A DNA stretch of 64,000 nt from Myxococcota bacterium (GTDB lineage Bacteria; Myxococcota_A; Polyangia; Nannocystales; Nannocystaceae). The stretch covers positions 32,001 through 96,000 of the forward strand of contig JBCCHT010000029.1 in NCBI GenBank assembly GCA_039028615.1, read 5' to 3'. The position numbers and the translations under genes were made by a program. Every line of letters starts with the position of its first letter. Within the stretch, counting starts at the first letter, position 1. The notes under the pieces were generated by a model. That model did no database searches. It saw nothing but the letters and a program-made list of their open reading frames with translations, and was not told where the DNA came from. Below are positions 17,002 through 26,710 of this stretch, in pieces.

Positions 17002-18588
17002 TCAAAGGCCCTGGACGTCGTCGTGCACCACGAGCACCCACTCGAGGGTCAGCGTGTGCTGCCCCAGGCCCTGCAGGTGTACGTCCCACTCGACGATGCC
17101 GTCGCCATCGGCCGTGCTCGGAGGCTCGGCCCTTCGCAGCTCCACCTCGACCTTGTCGATCTCGGACACCGCGATTCGCTCGCGCACCACCAGGTCTCGC
17201 GGGGCACCATCGAGGTTCGAGAGCTTGATCTGCACCAACCGCGGCTTGCGGGTCCACGAGCTGAGCGTCTTGCGTTCGTGCTCCTGCTCCATCACGTCGC
17301 GCTGGACCCTCAGGGCGGCATCGGGGCCCCAGCCCAGCTCGAAGCGCTCGCCGGGCGCGATGTACAGGAGGGAGGTGGCCCCGACCAAGCCGCTGCCACG
17401 CACCAGATCGACGGGCCCGGCCAGCAACGGGTGCTTGGCGGCATTGACTTGCTCCGAGCGGGTGATGACCGCGGCGGCCAGCTCGGGCATGCACAAAAGG
17501 CCCACGTCGGCCTCGGTTTCGAACTCGAACAGCGGCACGCGATGGGGCCGGCCATCGCCCATGATGGTGCTTCGCACCCGTCCCACCAGGCGCTGCGGGT
17601 CTCCGCCGTCGTCGATGCCGGGCAGGTCGTCGGCGTGCTCCACTGAGGCATCCGCCCCCAGCCCCGCGCGATGAATCTGCGCCTGGCGGGTCTGCACGTC
17701 GACGTTGGCGCTCTTTTTCTTCAGCGCCAGGCGGTCGGTCTCCAGCGTCGGGGGCTTCAGGCCGAGCGAAGGCCGCTCGGTGGAGAACACCATGCGGGCG
17801 TCCGTCCAGTCTTCGCCCGTGGCCTGCCAAACGCACGCCTCGCACTGGAGGCGGACCCGCGCCGGGCCGTCGTCCTCGATGAGCTGGGCCCGATGCCACG
17901 GCCGCCACAGCGCTCCCGGGACGAGGTAGTCCACGCGAATCTCGAACGGGCGCGCCCCTTCCCACGGCCCGCCACGATCGATCTCGAGTTCGAGGCTCGC
18001 GGTCGCATGGGCTTGCAGAGTGTCGGCCGCGGCCTCGAGTCGTCGCAGCTCGGCGACCTTGCGCTCGAGCTCGTTCTGCTCGGACTTCGCCTCGCAGTGC
18101 TCCTGGCCGACGGCCAAGATTCGCTGCTGCACCGCGTTGAGGGCCGCCCCGCCCGCTTCGGTCTGCACGTGCCCCCAGCCGGAGTCCTCGACCAGCTCGT
18201 CGACGCTCGTCCCGAGCAGCTTACGCAGGGCCTTGCGCTCCGCGTCGAGGCTCTCGATGCGGTACAGCAGCGCCATCTGGCTGGCTTCGAGGGCGCGTCG
18301 TCGGGCCTCCAGCTCGGCGACGGCCTCGGGTTGCTGACTGGATTTGGTGATGCGTCGGCGTACGATCCGAGCCCCGAGGATCTCGATGGCGCTCTCATCG
18401 TCACGGTCGGCCGCCTGGGCACTGATCGACTTGTCGACCAGGATCGGCGAGACCCCGGGGATCCGGATCCGGTTGCGCCCCGGTCGGAGCGGAAGCACGC
18501 CTTGGCGGCGGATGAGCGAGCGGTCCTCCTGGACGGTGACCTCCATGACGGGCAGCGCGAGCGTGTCGAAATCGTCTTCGTTCGCCAT
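17002..18588 (-). CDS. DUF4140/DUF4139 (MuiA-like) family protein
   Basis: VTV.EDR..I.R, coiled coil, Y.VPGA.WRP, VWQ.TGEDW....FST.RP, LLAGPV.L and VRERI.VSE. Confidence 0.85.
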   Translation of the reverse strand: MANEDDFDTLALPVMEVTVQEDRSLIRRQGVLPLRPGRNRIRIPGVSPILVDKSISAQAADRDDESAIEILGARIVRRRITKSSQQPEAVAELEARRRALEASQMALLYRIESLDAERKALRKLLGTSVDELVEDSGWGHVQTEAGGAALNAVQQRILAVGQEHCEAKSEQNELERKVAELRRLEAAADTLQAHATASLELEIDRGGPWEGARPFEIRVDYLVPGALWRPWHRAQLIEDDGPARVRLQCEACVWQATGEDWTDARMVFSTERPSLGLKPPTLETDRLALKKKSANVDVQTRQAQIHRAGLGADASVEHADDLPGIDDGGDPQRLVGRVRSTIMGDGRPHRVPLFEFETEADVGLLCMPELAAAVITRSEQVNAAKHPLLAGPVDLVRGSGLVGATSLLYIAPGERFELGWGPDAALRVQRDVMEQEHERKTLSSWTRKPRLVQIKLSNLDGAPRDLVVRERIAVSEIDKVEVELRRAEPPSTADGDGIVEWDVHLQGLGQHTLTLEWVLVVHDDVQGL

Positions 18589-18594
18589 GCCGTA

Positions 18595-20826
18595 TTACCC
18601 TTCCCGGCGGTTGCCGCCGACCAGCTCGTGGCTCTGGGGGATGCGAATCGACCAGGTCGCGTTCAGCTCGCGGCGCCCCTTGGCGGCGACCTCGACCTTC
18701 CACGCCCGGCCGCCTTCGAGGTCCTGGTCCTTGGGATCGAACTCGTCCCACGCGGGCTCGATTCGGCCTTCGGAGACCGCGATGTCGTCCTGGCCATCGG
18801 GCACCGTGGGCAGGCGCTCCCGAACTTCGACGGTGGCCGGGGTCTCGAGGTGATTGTCGATCTCGATGCGGACCCGGTGCTGCAGCTCCCGATGGCGCTT
18901 GAGCAAGCCGGACGACTCGTCGTCGAAGCTGACGTTGCGGGCGATCTTGATCGCCTGCTCGACCCCCAGACCGAGTTCGGCTCGCCCGCGGCGGGGCGTC
19001 AGCTCGAGCGTGGACGCGAGCACAAAGCGGCCATCGACGTAGACGTCGACCGGGCCCGGCAGCAGCGGCGCATCGATGGGATTGCGGACCGCGACCACGC
19101 GAAAGACGTCTTGGGTCTCCCGGGGCACGGCGACGTACTTGGGTGATGTCTCGACCGGGGGCCGCTGCAGCGGGATGCCGACGAACACGCCGTCGCTGTC
19201 GAGGTCGACCCGGGCCTTGGCCTCGTAGGCGTGATCGAAGCCGTCGTGGCCCTCGGCCCAGCGATGGGACCCCGGGGCGCGGCGTCGTTCGAGCCGGAGC
19301 GCGGCTTCTTCCACGGAGCCGAGGCGGCTGAGCGCCATCGCCACGTCGGCCGACGCCAGGCTTCCCCAGTGGGCATAGAGCTGCTCCTGCGTCATGCGGC
19401 GCAGGGTTCCTCGGTGCGGAGCATCGGCGGCGGGCACCCGCAGGCGGCCGTACTCGAGCTGCGAATGATTGGCGACCAGCGTCGACGCGACACTGGCGGG
19501 CTCGGGCTCTTCATCTAGGGTGTCCCGCACCAGCGCGCTCGGGCCTCCGCCTCCGAAGCTGACCTGCGCCGAGGCTCGCATCCTCGCCATGCCTGGGGGC
19601 GCGCCGCCCATCGGAGGGGCCGACGGCATCGCGGGCGCGGGCGCGGCTGGAGCCGGAGCGGAGGGCACGGGGGGACCCGCCGCGGCCGCGACCGGTTCGG
19701 CGCCGCCCACCATGAAGTCCATCGCGTCTGGCTCGCCCTCGAGGTCCGCGAGGTCGAAGGTGCCGGTCGATGCCGACCCCGGCACCGGAAACCCGGCGGG
19801 AGGCGCCTGAGGTGGCGGAGGCGCTTGCCGAGGCGTGGGCTTGGGCTTGGGTTTGGCCCGCTTCGCGGGCGCGAGGTCGCGATCGTAGTCGGCGAACAGC
19901 TCGTCGGTCCCCGTGGGAGACGGTCGCCAACCCGTCTTGGGCGGAGGCGGCTGACGCCGGCCGATTCGCATCGATCGCAGCTCCGGCAGCTCGGTCCACT
20001 GCTGCGGCAACGCGGTCGACAGCGACAAGTCGACGTCGGACCAGCGCTCGCCCGTGGCCTGCCCCACCAGCGCCTGGAGTTCGAGCACGCCGCCGCCGAG
20101 CGAACGATCGAGCCGCAGGACGTAGCTGGGAGCCCACCGCGCCCCGCGGACCCGGTAGCTCAGCTCCAGGACCACCCGCGTGGGCGCGGCGCCCTCGGGC
20201 GTGCGCAGGCCGACCACCACCGCCTTGCGGGCCTCGAACTGCCGCGGGTTACGAGCCTTGGTTGCCCGGCGCTCGCGCTCCTTGAGCGTGGCCAGCCGCT
20301 CCTTTGCCTGGCGGGTGGTCTCGGTCGCCTCCCCTCGTCGGGTGTTCAGGGCGTCGAGCTGTTGCCGACGAAACTCGAGCAGCGCCAGGCGAGCTTCGGT
20401 TGGCGAGGCGAGCGGAGGCTCCCCCTCGGCGGACAGCCCTCGCGAGCGCGGGACCAGCCGCTGCAGCTGCTCGGCGATCCCCTCGAGGTCGGCTTCATGC
20501 CGCTGCGCCTGCTCGACCTCGAGGCGGGCCCGGTCGAGCTCCTCGTTCGTCGGCGGCCGCAGCTGCGGGTCGGGCTCGGGCACCGCCAGCGTCACCCGCA
20601 CGTCGCCCGCCCACGGCAGCGGTCTGGAGGCGTCCTCTTCGTCGTCGGGTCGGCGGACCGAGACCTGAACGGACGAGTCGTCGAGCATCAGCGGCAGGCC
20701 CTCGACGCGAACCGTTCGCGGAAAGCCGTCGGCATCGGATTGAAGCGTGGCCAACCGGGTGACCATGGCCCCGCGCCGAAACACGGTGACCGCTGAGGTT
20801 CGAGAGGACAGCGTGAGCGTCGACAT
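18595..20826 (-). CDS. DUF4140/DUF4139 family protein (long paralogue with Pro-rich insert)
   Basis: AVTVFRRGA.VTR, SY.V.GARW.PSY, Q.TGE.W..V.L.LSTA, LLPGPVDVYVDG.F, LGLGVE and EVRERLP. Confidence 0.85.
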   Translation of the reverse strand: MSTLTLSSRTSAVTVFRRGAMVTRLATLQSDADGFPRTVRVEGLPLMLDDSSVQVSVRRPDDEEDASRPLPWAGDVRVTLAVPEPDPQLRPPTNEELDRARLEVEQAQRHEADLEGIAEQLQRLVPRSRGLSAEGEPPLASPTEARLALLEFRRQQLDALNTRRGEATETTRQAKERLATLKERERRATKARNPRQFEARKAVVVGLRTPEGAAPTRVVLELSYRVRGARWAPSYVLRLDRSLGGGVLELQALVGQATGERWSDVDLSLSTALPQQWTELPELRSMRIGRRQPPPPKTGWRPSPTGTDELFADYDRDLAPAKRAKPKPKPTPRQAPPPPQAPPAGFPVPGSASTGTFDLADLEGEPDAMDFMVGGAEPVAAAAGPPVPSAPAPAAPAPAMPSAPPMGGAPPGMARMRASAQVSFGGGGPSALVRDTLDEEPEPASVASTLVANHSQLEYGRLRVPAADAPHRGTLRRMTQEQLYAHWGSLASADVAMALSRLGSVEEAALRLERRRAPGSHRWAEGHDGFDHAYEAKARVDLDSDGVFVGIPLQRPPVETSPKYVAVPRETQDVFRVVAVRNPIDAPLLPGPVDVYVDGRFVLASTLELTPRRGRAELGLGVEQAIKIARNVSFDDESSGLLKRHRELQHRVRIEIDNHLETPATVEVRERLPTVPDGQDDIAVSEGRIEPAWDEFDPKDQDLEGGRAWKVEVAAKGRRELNATWSIRIPQSHELVGGNRREG

Positions 20827-20982
20827 CGGCGGACGTCGAACCTACCACTGCCACGTCGCGAACGTGCGGCGTCCGAAGTTCGTGCGTCGCGTCGAAAATC
20901 GGCCTCAACCGCTCGGGATCAAAACCGATTCTCGAGCGTCGCTCGCGAACACGCGGCCGGCTGTCCGGGAGCCCGAAGTGGG

Positions 20983-21672
20983 TCAGCGACCGGGTGCCGA
21001 CTCGGATGCCGCGAAGAAATCGTCGAGGGTCTGACCGGGCTGGGGCTCGAACTTCTCCTCGAGCACGTCGAGTCGATCGACGCGATCAATCCGAAAGTTG
21101 CGAAAGCCCTGCCGAAGCTCGCACCATCCGGTGAGAGACCAACAGTTCCCCCAAAAGAACAGCCCGAGCGGTCGCACGCGTCGCTCGCTCGGCGTGCCGT
21201 CGGCTCGGACGTAGGCCAGCCAGATGACGTGCTGCGCCTCGAGAGCCGCGCGCATGGGGGCGAGCAGGTGCCGCATCTCGGGCGAGACGTGCTCGCCCGG
21301 AGCGTAGAGCGGCTCGGCGTCGATGCGCCGCTTGAGGGCGGGAGGCACCACCGCCTGCACCTTGGCCAGCGCTCCGCTCGCGGCCTTGGCGAGGCGGTCG
21401 TCGCCCCAGCTGTGCACGATGCGAGCGCCCAGGGCGAGGGCGGCGATTTCCTCGCGGTTGAACATCAACGGGGGCAGGTCGAAGTTGGAGGGCAGCGCAT
21501 AGCCGACCCCCGCCTCCCCCTCGATGGGTACGCCGGCACAGATGAGGTCCTGGACGTCCCGGTAGATGGTGCGGTCGGAAACACCCAGCTGCTCCGCGAG
21601 CCAGGCGGCGGTGGTGACCCGACGCCGCCGAAGCAGCTGGACGAGCTGGAACAGGCGATCAGCACGTCTCAT
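20983..21672 (-). CDS. YafY-family HTH-WYL transcriptional regulator
   Basis: MRRADRLFQLVQLL...TA..LA..LGVS.RTIYRD...GVPIEGEAGVGY.L...LPPLMF...R.VRPLGL...W.L.GWCELR..FRNFRIDR. Start at ATG 21672. Confidence 0.95.
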   Translation of the reverse strand: MRRADRLFQLVQLLRRRRVTTAAWLAEQLGVSDRTIYRDVQDLICAGVPIEGEAGVGYALPSNFDLPPLMFNREEIAALALGARIVHSWGDDRLAKAASGALAKVQAVVPPALKRRIDAEPLYAPGEHVSPEMRHLLAPMRAALEAQHVIWLAYVRADGTPSERRVRPLGLFFWGNCWSLTGWCELRQGFRNFRIDRVDRLDVLEEKFEPQPGQTLDDFFAASESAPGR

Positions 21673-22066
21673 GTTGAACGAAGTAGCTCCGGTATTCGGG
21701 GGCGGGTTCGATGGGTTGGTGGATGTGCAGGGCGATGCCGTTCGGATCGACGACGGTGAAGCTGCGGTCGCCCCAGGGATTGTCGCGAGGCGGGCCGTCG
21801 GTGTCGACGCCCGCGCGACGAATGCGGAGGTACTCGGCATCGACGTCGTCGACCTCGAGACCGTAGGTCAGACCCTTGCCGCAAAAGGGTGACTCGTCGG
21901 CCAAGGGGCGCAAAAAGCCGAGCTGCAGGTCACTGCGTGGGTGTCGCAAATTCACCAGTCCCTGACTGAGGAACACAATCTCGAAGCCCAGTCGATCGAC
22001 GAAGAACTCGACCGACGCCCGCATGTCTTCCACGGTGATGAGCGGCACGAGGCGCTTGCATTCCAT
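21659..22066 (-). CDS. VOC/glyoxalase/bleomycin-resistance family protein
   Basis: P.ITV.D...S..FF...LGF...LEVDDVDA.Y...P.D.PWG.RSF.V.DPNG. Confidence 0.9.
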   Translation of the reverse strand: MECKRLVPLITVEDMRASVEFFVDRLGFEIVFLSQGLVNLRHPRSDLQLGFLRPLADESPFCGKGLTYGLEVDDVDAEYLRIRRAGVDTDGPPRDNPWGDRSFTVVDPNGIALHIHQPIEPAPEYRSYFVQHETC

Positions 22067-22089
22067 GCTCTCGTGGTAGCACCCCCCTA

Positions 22090-22106
22090 CTGAAACCTTT
22101 TGTCAG
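22090..22106 (-). promoter_or_regulatory. Imperfect palindrome CTGAAA-N5-TGTCAG, candidate WYL regulator operator
   Basis: Lies 24 nt upstream of the VOC start. On the minus strand it is followed by TACCAC (-10-like) and then the ATG 6 nt later. Confidence 0.5.
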
Positions 22107-22322
22107 GAGTTCCAGATCTGCCCCCTGCTCGGGTCATGCCCAAACGCACGGCTACGGGCGACTCCGACCACGAAATAAACATATGAAATCATGAATAAAA
22201 CGTAAAGTCCTGGAACCGTGTTTTCGACGAGAACCCGAGCGCGACTCGGTGCGCGCCTGCGCTCGTTTTTGACAGGAGTGGCGGCCGCTTGCCCGGCCGC
22301 CGAAGTACCGTCGCTGGACCCT

Positions 22323-22356
22323 CGTCACACTGGCAGATGGCACGTCTGCCATGACG
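22323..22356 (-). terminator. Hairpin downstream of pilA (possible terminator or stability element)
   Basis: CGTCA-cac-TGGCAGATG-GCA-CGTCTGCCA-TGACG inverted repeat 18 nt past the pilA stop; no clear U tract. Confidence 0.4.
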
Positions 22357-22373
22357 TGCACGTGCCCCCAAAC

Positions 22374-23054
22374 TCAGTCGACCTCTTGGTCGATGTAGAG
22401 CCCTGCCGCCGCGTTGACTCCGTTGACGTCCGCCGCACCCGATCGCTCGTAGGTGGAGTAGATGGCATCGTCGTCGAGGTTGCCGAAGGCCTGTGCCGTG
22501 AACTGGCACTCACCGAAGCCGGTCCCGCTGTTGCTCGCCATGAAGTTGTAGTGGAAGAAGTGCGCCTGCTCCATTTGGAAGTTCAGGCCGGACCACACGT
22601 TGTTGTCGGTCCACTGCGTCATCTCGTAAAACGCCGGGCCACCGCCACCACCACCCCCCGCGGGCACACAGCGCGCTCCCGGGCCTTCGTTGCAGTTGAG
22701 GGCCAAGGGGGGCGTCACCGTGGCCTCGGATTCTCCCGTGTCCTCGGCCGACTGATGCGGGCACCGATGCGTGGCCAGGTCGCTCACCCCACCGCCGGCG
22801 CCGATGGTCTGCGTCGAGCCCCGCTCCACGTGCTCCTCTGAGAAGTAGGCCGACGCCGCGTCGAACATCTTGGCGATCTGCACCCGAGCCTCGCTCGTCT
22901 TGGACCGCCGCATGTACTTGGTGAGAGCCGGGACCGCGATCGCGGCCAAGATGCCGAGGATCGCCACCACGATCATCAGTTCGATCAGCGTGAAGCCTCG
23001 GGCGTCGAGGAACCTACGGTTGATCGGCTTCGTGGTCGTCTGCGTCGACATCAT
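22374..23054 (-). CDS. pilA: Type IV major pilin
   Basis: Prepilin peptidase motif RG|FTLIELMIVVAILGILAAIAVP, then Y.RRSKTSEA, and a C-terminal FTAQA.GNLDDD typical of myxobacterial pilins. Confidence 0.9.
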   Translation of the reverse strand: MMSTQTTTKPINRRFLDARGFTLIELMIVVAILGILAAIAVPALTKYMRRSKTSEARVQIAKMFDAASAYFSEEHVERGSTQTIGAGGGVSDLATHRCPHQSAEDTGESEATVTPPLALNCNEGPGARCVPAGGGGGGGPAFYEMTQWTDNNVWSGLNFQMEQAHFFHYNFMASNSGTGFGECQFTAQAFGNLDDDAIYSTYERSGAADVNGVNAAAGLYIDQEVD

Positions 23055-23083
23055 GGATTCCCCTCACCCTCGACCTACTGCTC

Positions 23084-23099
23084 AGCACAGCGCGTGCCG
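23084..23099 (-). promoter_or_regulatory. sigma54 (-24/-12) promoter of pilA
   Basis: Minus strand CGGCACG-CGCT-GTGCT against consensus TGGCACG-N4-TTGC(A/T), 30 nt upstream of pilA. An AT-rich tract at 23110-23225 lies upstream, where IHF or an activator could bind. Confidence 0.7.
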
Positions 23100-23633
23100 A
23101 TCAGGAGATCTCTTATCAATTCATGAGATTTCAGCATTCTAAAACACCTGAGAATCTATTGATGAAATGTCAGAAGACAATTTTTGTCACTCTTCCCCGC
23201 AAAAAATGTCGCCAATTCGAATATCCCGATGTCGGGTGTACTCGGCCGCCGTAGGCTCAGCGCCCACCCGCGCCGACGTCGGTTCAACGTCGTCCGGGTC
23301 GAGCACGAGGGCGCCGAGTGGAGGCGAATGGCGCTGACGGCTGAGGGCGGGACCGTCTGGGAACCCGGGCTCGAGGTGCTCTTCACACCGACGGCATCGC
23401 ACTGCGACCCGTCGCGGTGGTGCTCAGCTCGAGCACGGTAGAGAAGTACCCCGCACCGAGGTCGGGCCCCGGCGTTTTTGCGGTTCGACAGCGCGCCCGT
23501 GAACGCCCGGTCCGTGCCGCGGAACAAGCTCGGATCGTCGGCGTCGATCATCTCGTTCTCCATCGCCGCTGCGCCCCCGCAATTGCCAACCTTTGCCGTC
23601 TCGATCCCCTTGCGATGAGCGCGGGGCTCGGGG

Positions 23634-24803
23634 ATGGTGCGGGCGACCGTCATGGCCGCTTCGATCCGCAGCACGCTTCGGCGCTTCGAGACCCACGGCT
23701 GGGAGGTCTGGCTGATCCCAGTGGTGGTGGCTGCGGCGGGAGCGGTGGTGATGGGCTCGACCGGGGCGGACTTGGTGCTGCTCCGTGGCCTCGTGTTCGT
23801 GGGCGGACCGCTGCTCATCCTCAGTGGCCTGCACGCGCGCCTGGCCGACTACCTGCACGCGCCGTCGCGACATCGGCTGCTGGCACTGCCGCTGGCCCCC
23901 GACGACCACTGGGTCACCGCGCAGCGCGTCCATCGACGGGGGTTGGCCATGACCGGTGCGGTCGGTGCCCTGGCGATCGGCGGGGCGGCGCTCGGCTCTG
24001 GCACCGACCTCGTGCCCGCGGCGGGGCTCGTCGGAGATTGGCTGTGGCTGTGGCTCATGTCGGTGTTGGTCGAGCCCCTGATCCCCGCCGCGGGAGCGCG
24101 CCTGGGCCAGCGATTCGACGAAGAGCGAACCGAGCACGCGGTGCTCGAGCGCTTGGGCGGCGGCTTCACCATTCCCGAGGCCGTGGTGCACCTGTACGCG
24201 CCCGGGTTGGTCGTGGGCCTGGCCGCCGCGCTGGCGATGCCGGGGCAGCTGTGGCTCGATCGCAGCATCGACGGCATCGCCTCTCCCCCCGGGTTGGCCA
24301 TCGGAGCGCTGGTCGCCCTGGCGATGGCGCTGGGCGGGTGTCTGTGGGCGCGTCGCGGCTACGCCCAGGGCTTCTTTGGCTCCGTCCCGTGGCTGCACGA
24401 AGCGATTCGAACGCTCGCCGGTCCGCCCGTGCCCGAGCCCGTGCCCACCTGGTCGCTGCTCGGTCGGGATCCGGTCGGCCACCTGTTGGTGCGGCAGCTG
24501 TGGCGCACCACCGCCGTACCGGGGCTGCGGCTGTTCGCCATGCTCGGCGGCACCACGTGGATCGCCCTGGCCGCGAGCCCGTCGGTGGCCGCGCTGGCCA
24601 CCGTGCTGGCGTTGGTCGCCGTTTGGCTCGTCCCCTCGATGCGCATCCGAGCCCTGGCGCCCGGCCGCGCTCGCCTGTGTGCCCCCCTGCCCTTGCCTCC
24701 GGCGGGTCGAGCCGGACGTTCGTGGGTGCTGTGGGCGGTGGTGCTCGCCCCGGTGGCAGGCTCGATGACCCTGCTGACCGTTCTTTGGAGCATGAACGCA
24801 TGA
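23634..24803 (+). CDS. Multi-pass membrane protein, probable ABC transporter permease
   Basis: Many hydrophobic helices and an LLALPL motif. ATGA overlap with the downstream ABC ATPase. Confidence 0.7.
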   Translation: MVRATVMAASIRSTLRRFETHGWEVWLIPVVVAAAGAVVMGSTGADLVLLRGLVFVGGPLLILSGLHARLADYLHAPSRHRLLALPLAPDDHWVTAQRVHRRGLAMTGAVGALAIGGAALGSGTDLVPAAGLVGDWLWLWLMSVLVEPLIPAAGARLGQRFDEERTEHAVLERLGGGFTIPEAVVHLYAPGLVVGLAAALAMPGQLWLDRSIDGIASPPGLAIGALVALAMALGGCLWARRGYAQGFFGSVPWLHEAIRTLAGPPVPEPVPTWSLLGRDPVGHLLVRQLWRTTAVPGLRLFAMLGGTTWIALAASPSVAALATVLALVAVWLVPSMRIRALAPGRARLCAPLPLPPAGRAGRSWVLWAVVLAPVAGSMTLLTVLWSMNA

Positions 24804-25456
24804 GCCCTTCACCTGCCCTGCTCGTCGACGCCGTCGTCAAGCGCTACGCCGATCGCACCATCCTCGACGGGCTCACGCTACAGGTGGATGCCGGCGACAC
24901 GGTGGTGCTGCGGGGGCCCAACGGCTCGGGCAAGTCGACGCTGCTCGGCTGCATCGCGGGCACGGTCATCCCCGACGAGGGCCGCATCGCGCTGGCGGGT
25001 CACGACTTGGCGAAGGAGCCCATCGCGGCTCGGGCGGCCCTGCGGTACCTGCCCCAGGAGCCCGAGGTGCCGCCGGGGCTGGGCGGAGACGAGCTGCTGC
25101 GCTTCTTCGCCGACGTCTACGGCGATCCGGCGGGCTTCGACAAAGCCGCGGCCTTCCTCGACTTCGGTGATGCCCTCCCTCGCTTTGCCACGACCTACAG
25201 CGTCGGCATGCGCCGCCAGCTGATGTTCGCGGCGCTGCTGCCCGGCGATGGGCAGTTGCTGGTGCTCGACGAGCCCTTCGCGGGGGTGGACGAGACCGGT
25301 CGGGCCAAGATCCGCGCCGCCATCGAGGCGGCGCTCGCCCGTGGTGCGGGCGTGGTCATCGCGGCGCACGACCGGGACGTCGTGGACGTCGCCTCGCTCT
25401 CGCCGCGGTACTTCGACGTGAGCACGGGCGAGCTGAGCGACACGCCGGGAAAATGA
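24800..25456 (+). CDS. ABC transporter ATP-binding protein
   Basis: Walker A GPNGSGKST, Q-loop YLPQ, signature YSVGM, Walker B LVLDEPF and H-loop AAHD. True start is ATG 24800, inside track ORF 23417..25456. Confidence 0.93.
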   Translation: MSPSPALLVDAVVKRYADRTILDGLTLQVDAGDTVVLRGPNGSGKSTLLGCIAGTVIPDEGRIALAGHDLAKEPIAARAALRYLPQEPEVPPGLGGDELLRFFADVYGDPAGFDKAAAFLDFGDALPRFATTYSVGMRRQLMFAALLPGDGQLLVLDEPFAGVDETGRAKIRAAIEAALARGAGVVIAAHDRDVVDVASLSPRYFDVSTGELSDTPGK

Positions 25457-25564
25457 CCCCACCCGGAGCCCGGCCTCCCCGCCGAGCTCCGAGTGGTGTC
25501 GCCCGACCAAGACGCGACTCGTGCCCCCTCGCCAATGTCAGCCGAGGGGACGACGGAGCCGCTC

Positions 25565-26710
25565 CTACTGACAGGAACAGCCGCCGCAGTTGCCCGACGT
25601 CGGCGAGCAGACGGCGGAGAAGCCCGGCGTGCAGTCGTTGAAGGTCGCGATGCAGAGGTTCCCCAGGCCGCTGTTGGTGCAGCCGCAGGTGCCCTCGATA
25701 GGACCACCGCCCGGCTCGAGGCAGACATCGGCCGCGGCGTGGTGACCGAACTGCGCGCCCACGTCGTGGGTGCAGACCAGGTCACCGCGACAGTCGGAGT
25801 CGGTATCGCAGTCTGCTCCGCCCTCGCCACACTGGCAGATGGGCCCCTTGTCGTCGCACAGGTTCCAGAAGGACGACGAGCAGGTCTCGCCTTCGACCCA
25901 GTCGTGGAAGGGCGCGATCGCCATCGACTTGCTCACCCACCCGTGCCAAAAGGTCAGGTTGCGGGTCGAGTGCACGCCGAAGAGCTTGGTGCCCGCGGTG
26001 TTCATGATCGCACCGCCCGAGTCTCCCGAGCAGAACACGGGGTCGTCGAAGCGCATGATCTTGTTGCCGTCTTCGTAGCCGTCGATGGTCACGATGTCGG
26101 AGTTGAGCGTGCCGAAGTTGCCGACGCAGCTGTTGCCGACCAAGCCGTAGCCCGCGATCTTCACCGTGGATCCGGTGGGCAGGTTGGAGGTGGCGACCTC
26201 GAAGGGCTCGACGTACGAGGGCGCGTCGTCGTCCAGCGTGATGATAGCCAGGTCGTTCTCGAACTGGTTGTCGGTCCACGAGGGGTTGTAGCCGGGGTGG
26301 ACCACCGCGCTGCCCGTGCGCGTGGGCGTCCAGTTCCCCGAGGTCGAGGGGTCGTCGCGGAAGGTGACGGTGGCGGGCGTGGTGCAGGAGTTGCCGCCGA
26401 CCAGGTCGTCGGAGCAGAAGCAGTGCGCCGCGGTGAGCACGGTGTCGCGGGCGATGAGCATGCCGGAGCACGAGCCCTGGCCCGAGGAGATTTGCACGAC
26501 GTTCATCAGCTGGCCGGGAGGCACCGGATCGGGGTCGACGATGCGGAATTCGATATCGTCGCCGCTGCCGTCCGAGTCGTACTCGCCGTCGCTGTCATAG
26601 CCATAGTCGTCTTCGGGGAGCTCGGTGTCGCAGGCCGTGGTGAGGGCCACAGCGGCCAGGACCGAGGTGAACAGGCCGCGACGGAGCATGGGGATGGAAA
26701 GGGTGGTCAT
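25565..26710 (-). CDS. S1 (chymotrypsin-clan) serine protease lipoprotein with Cys-rich C-terminal domain
   Basis: CSGMLI...VLTAAHC, NDLAII and CSGDSGG (catalytic triad); lipobox LTTAC. Start at ATG 26710. Confidence 0.9.
   Translation of the reverse strand: MTTLSIPMLRRGLFTSVLAAVALTTACDTELPEDDYGYDSDGEYDSDGSGDDIEFRIVDPDPVPPGQLMNVVQISSGQGSCSGMLIARDTVLTAAHCFCSDDLVGGNSCTTPATVTFRDDPSTSGNWTPTRTGSAVVHPGYNPSWTDNQFENDLAIITLDDDAPSYVEPFEVATSNLPTGSTVKIAGYGLVGNSCVGNFGTLNSDIVTIDGYEDGNKIMRFDDPVFCSGDSGGAIMNTAGTKLFGVHSTRNLTFWHGWVSKSMAIAPFHDWVEGETCSSSFWNLCDDKGPICQCGEGGADCDTDSDCRGDLVCTHDVGAQFGHHAAADVCLEPGGGPIEGTCGCTNSGLGNLCIATFNDCTPGFSAVCSPTSGNCGGCSCQ

Noticed and set aside
17002..20826. Tandem DUF4139 pair as a novel system
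   Set aside because: Paired DUF4139/DUF4140 genes are a common known arrangement, and nothing unusual was seen beyond a Pro-rich insert.
22374..23054. PilA as a Geobacter-type conductive e-pilin
   Set aside because: It is a long pilin, and mature positions 24, 32 and 57 are Leu, Lys and Glu rather than aromatic.
23156..23633. Short ORFs between pilA and the permease, and the long N-terminal extension of track ORF 23417..25456
   Set aside because: No recognisable motifs or consistent codon bias; the ABC ATPase starts at 24800. A small gene here cannot be excluded.
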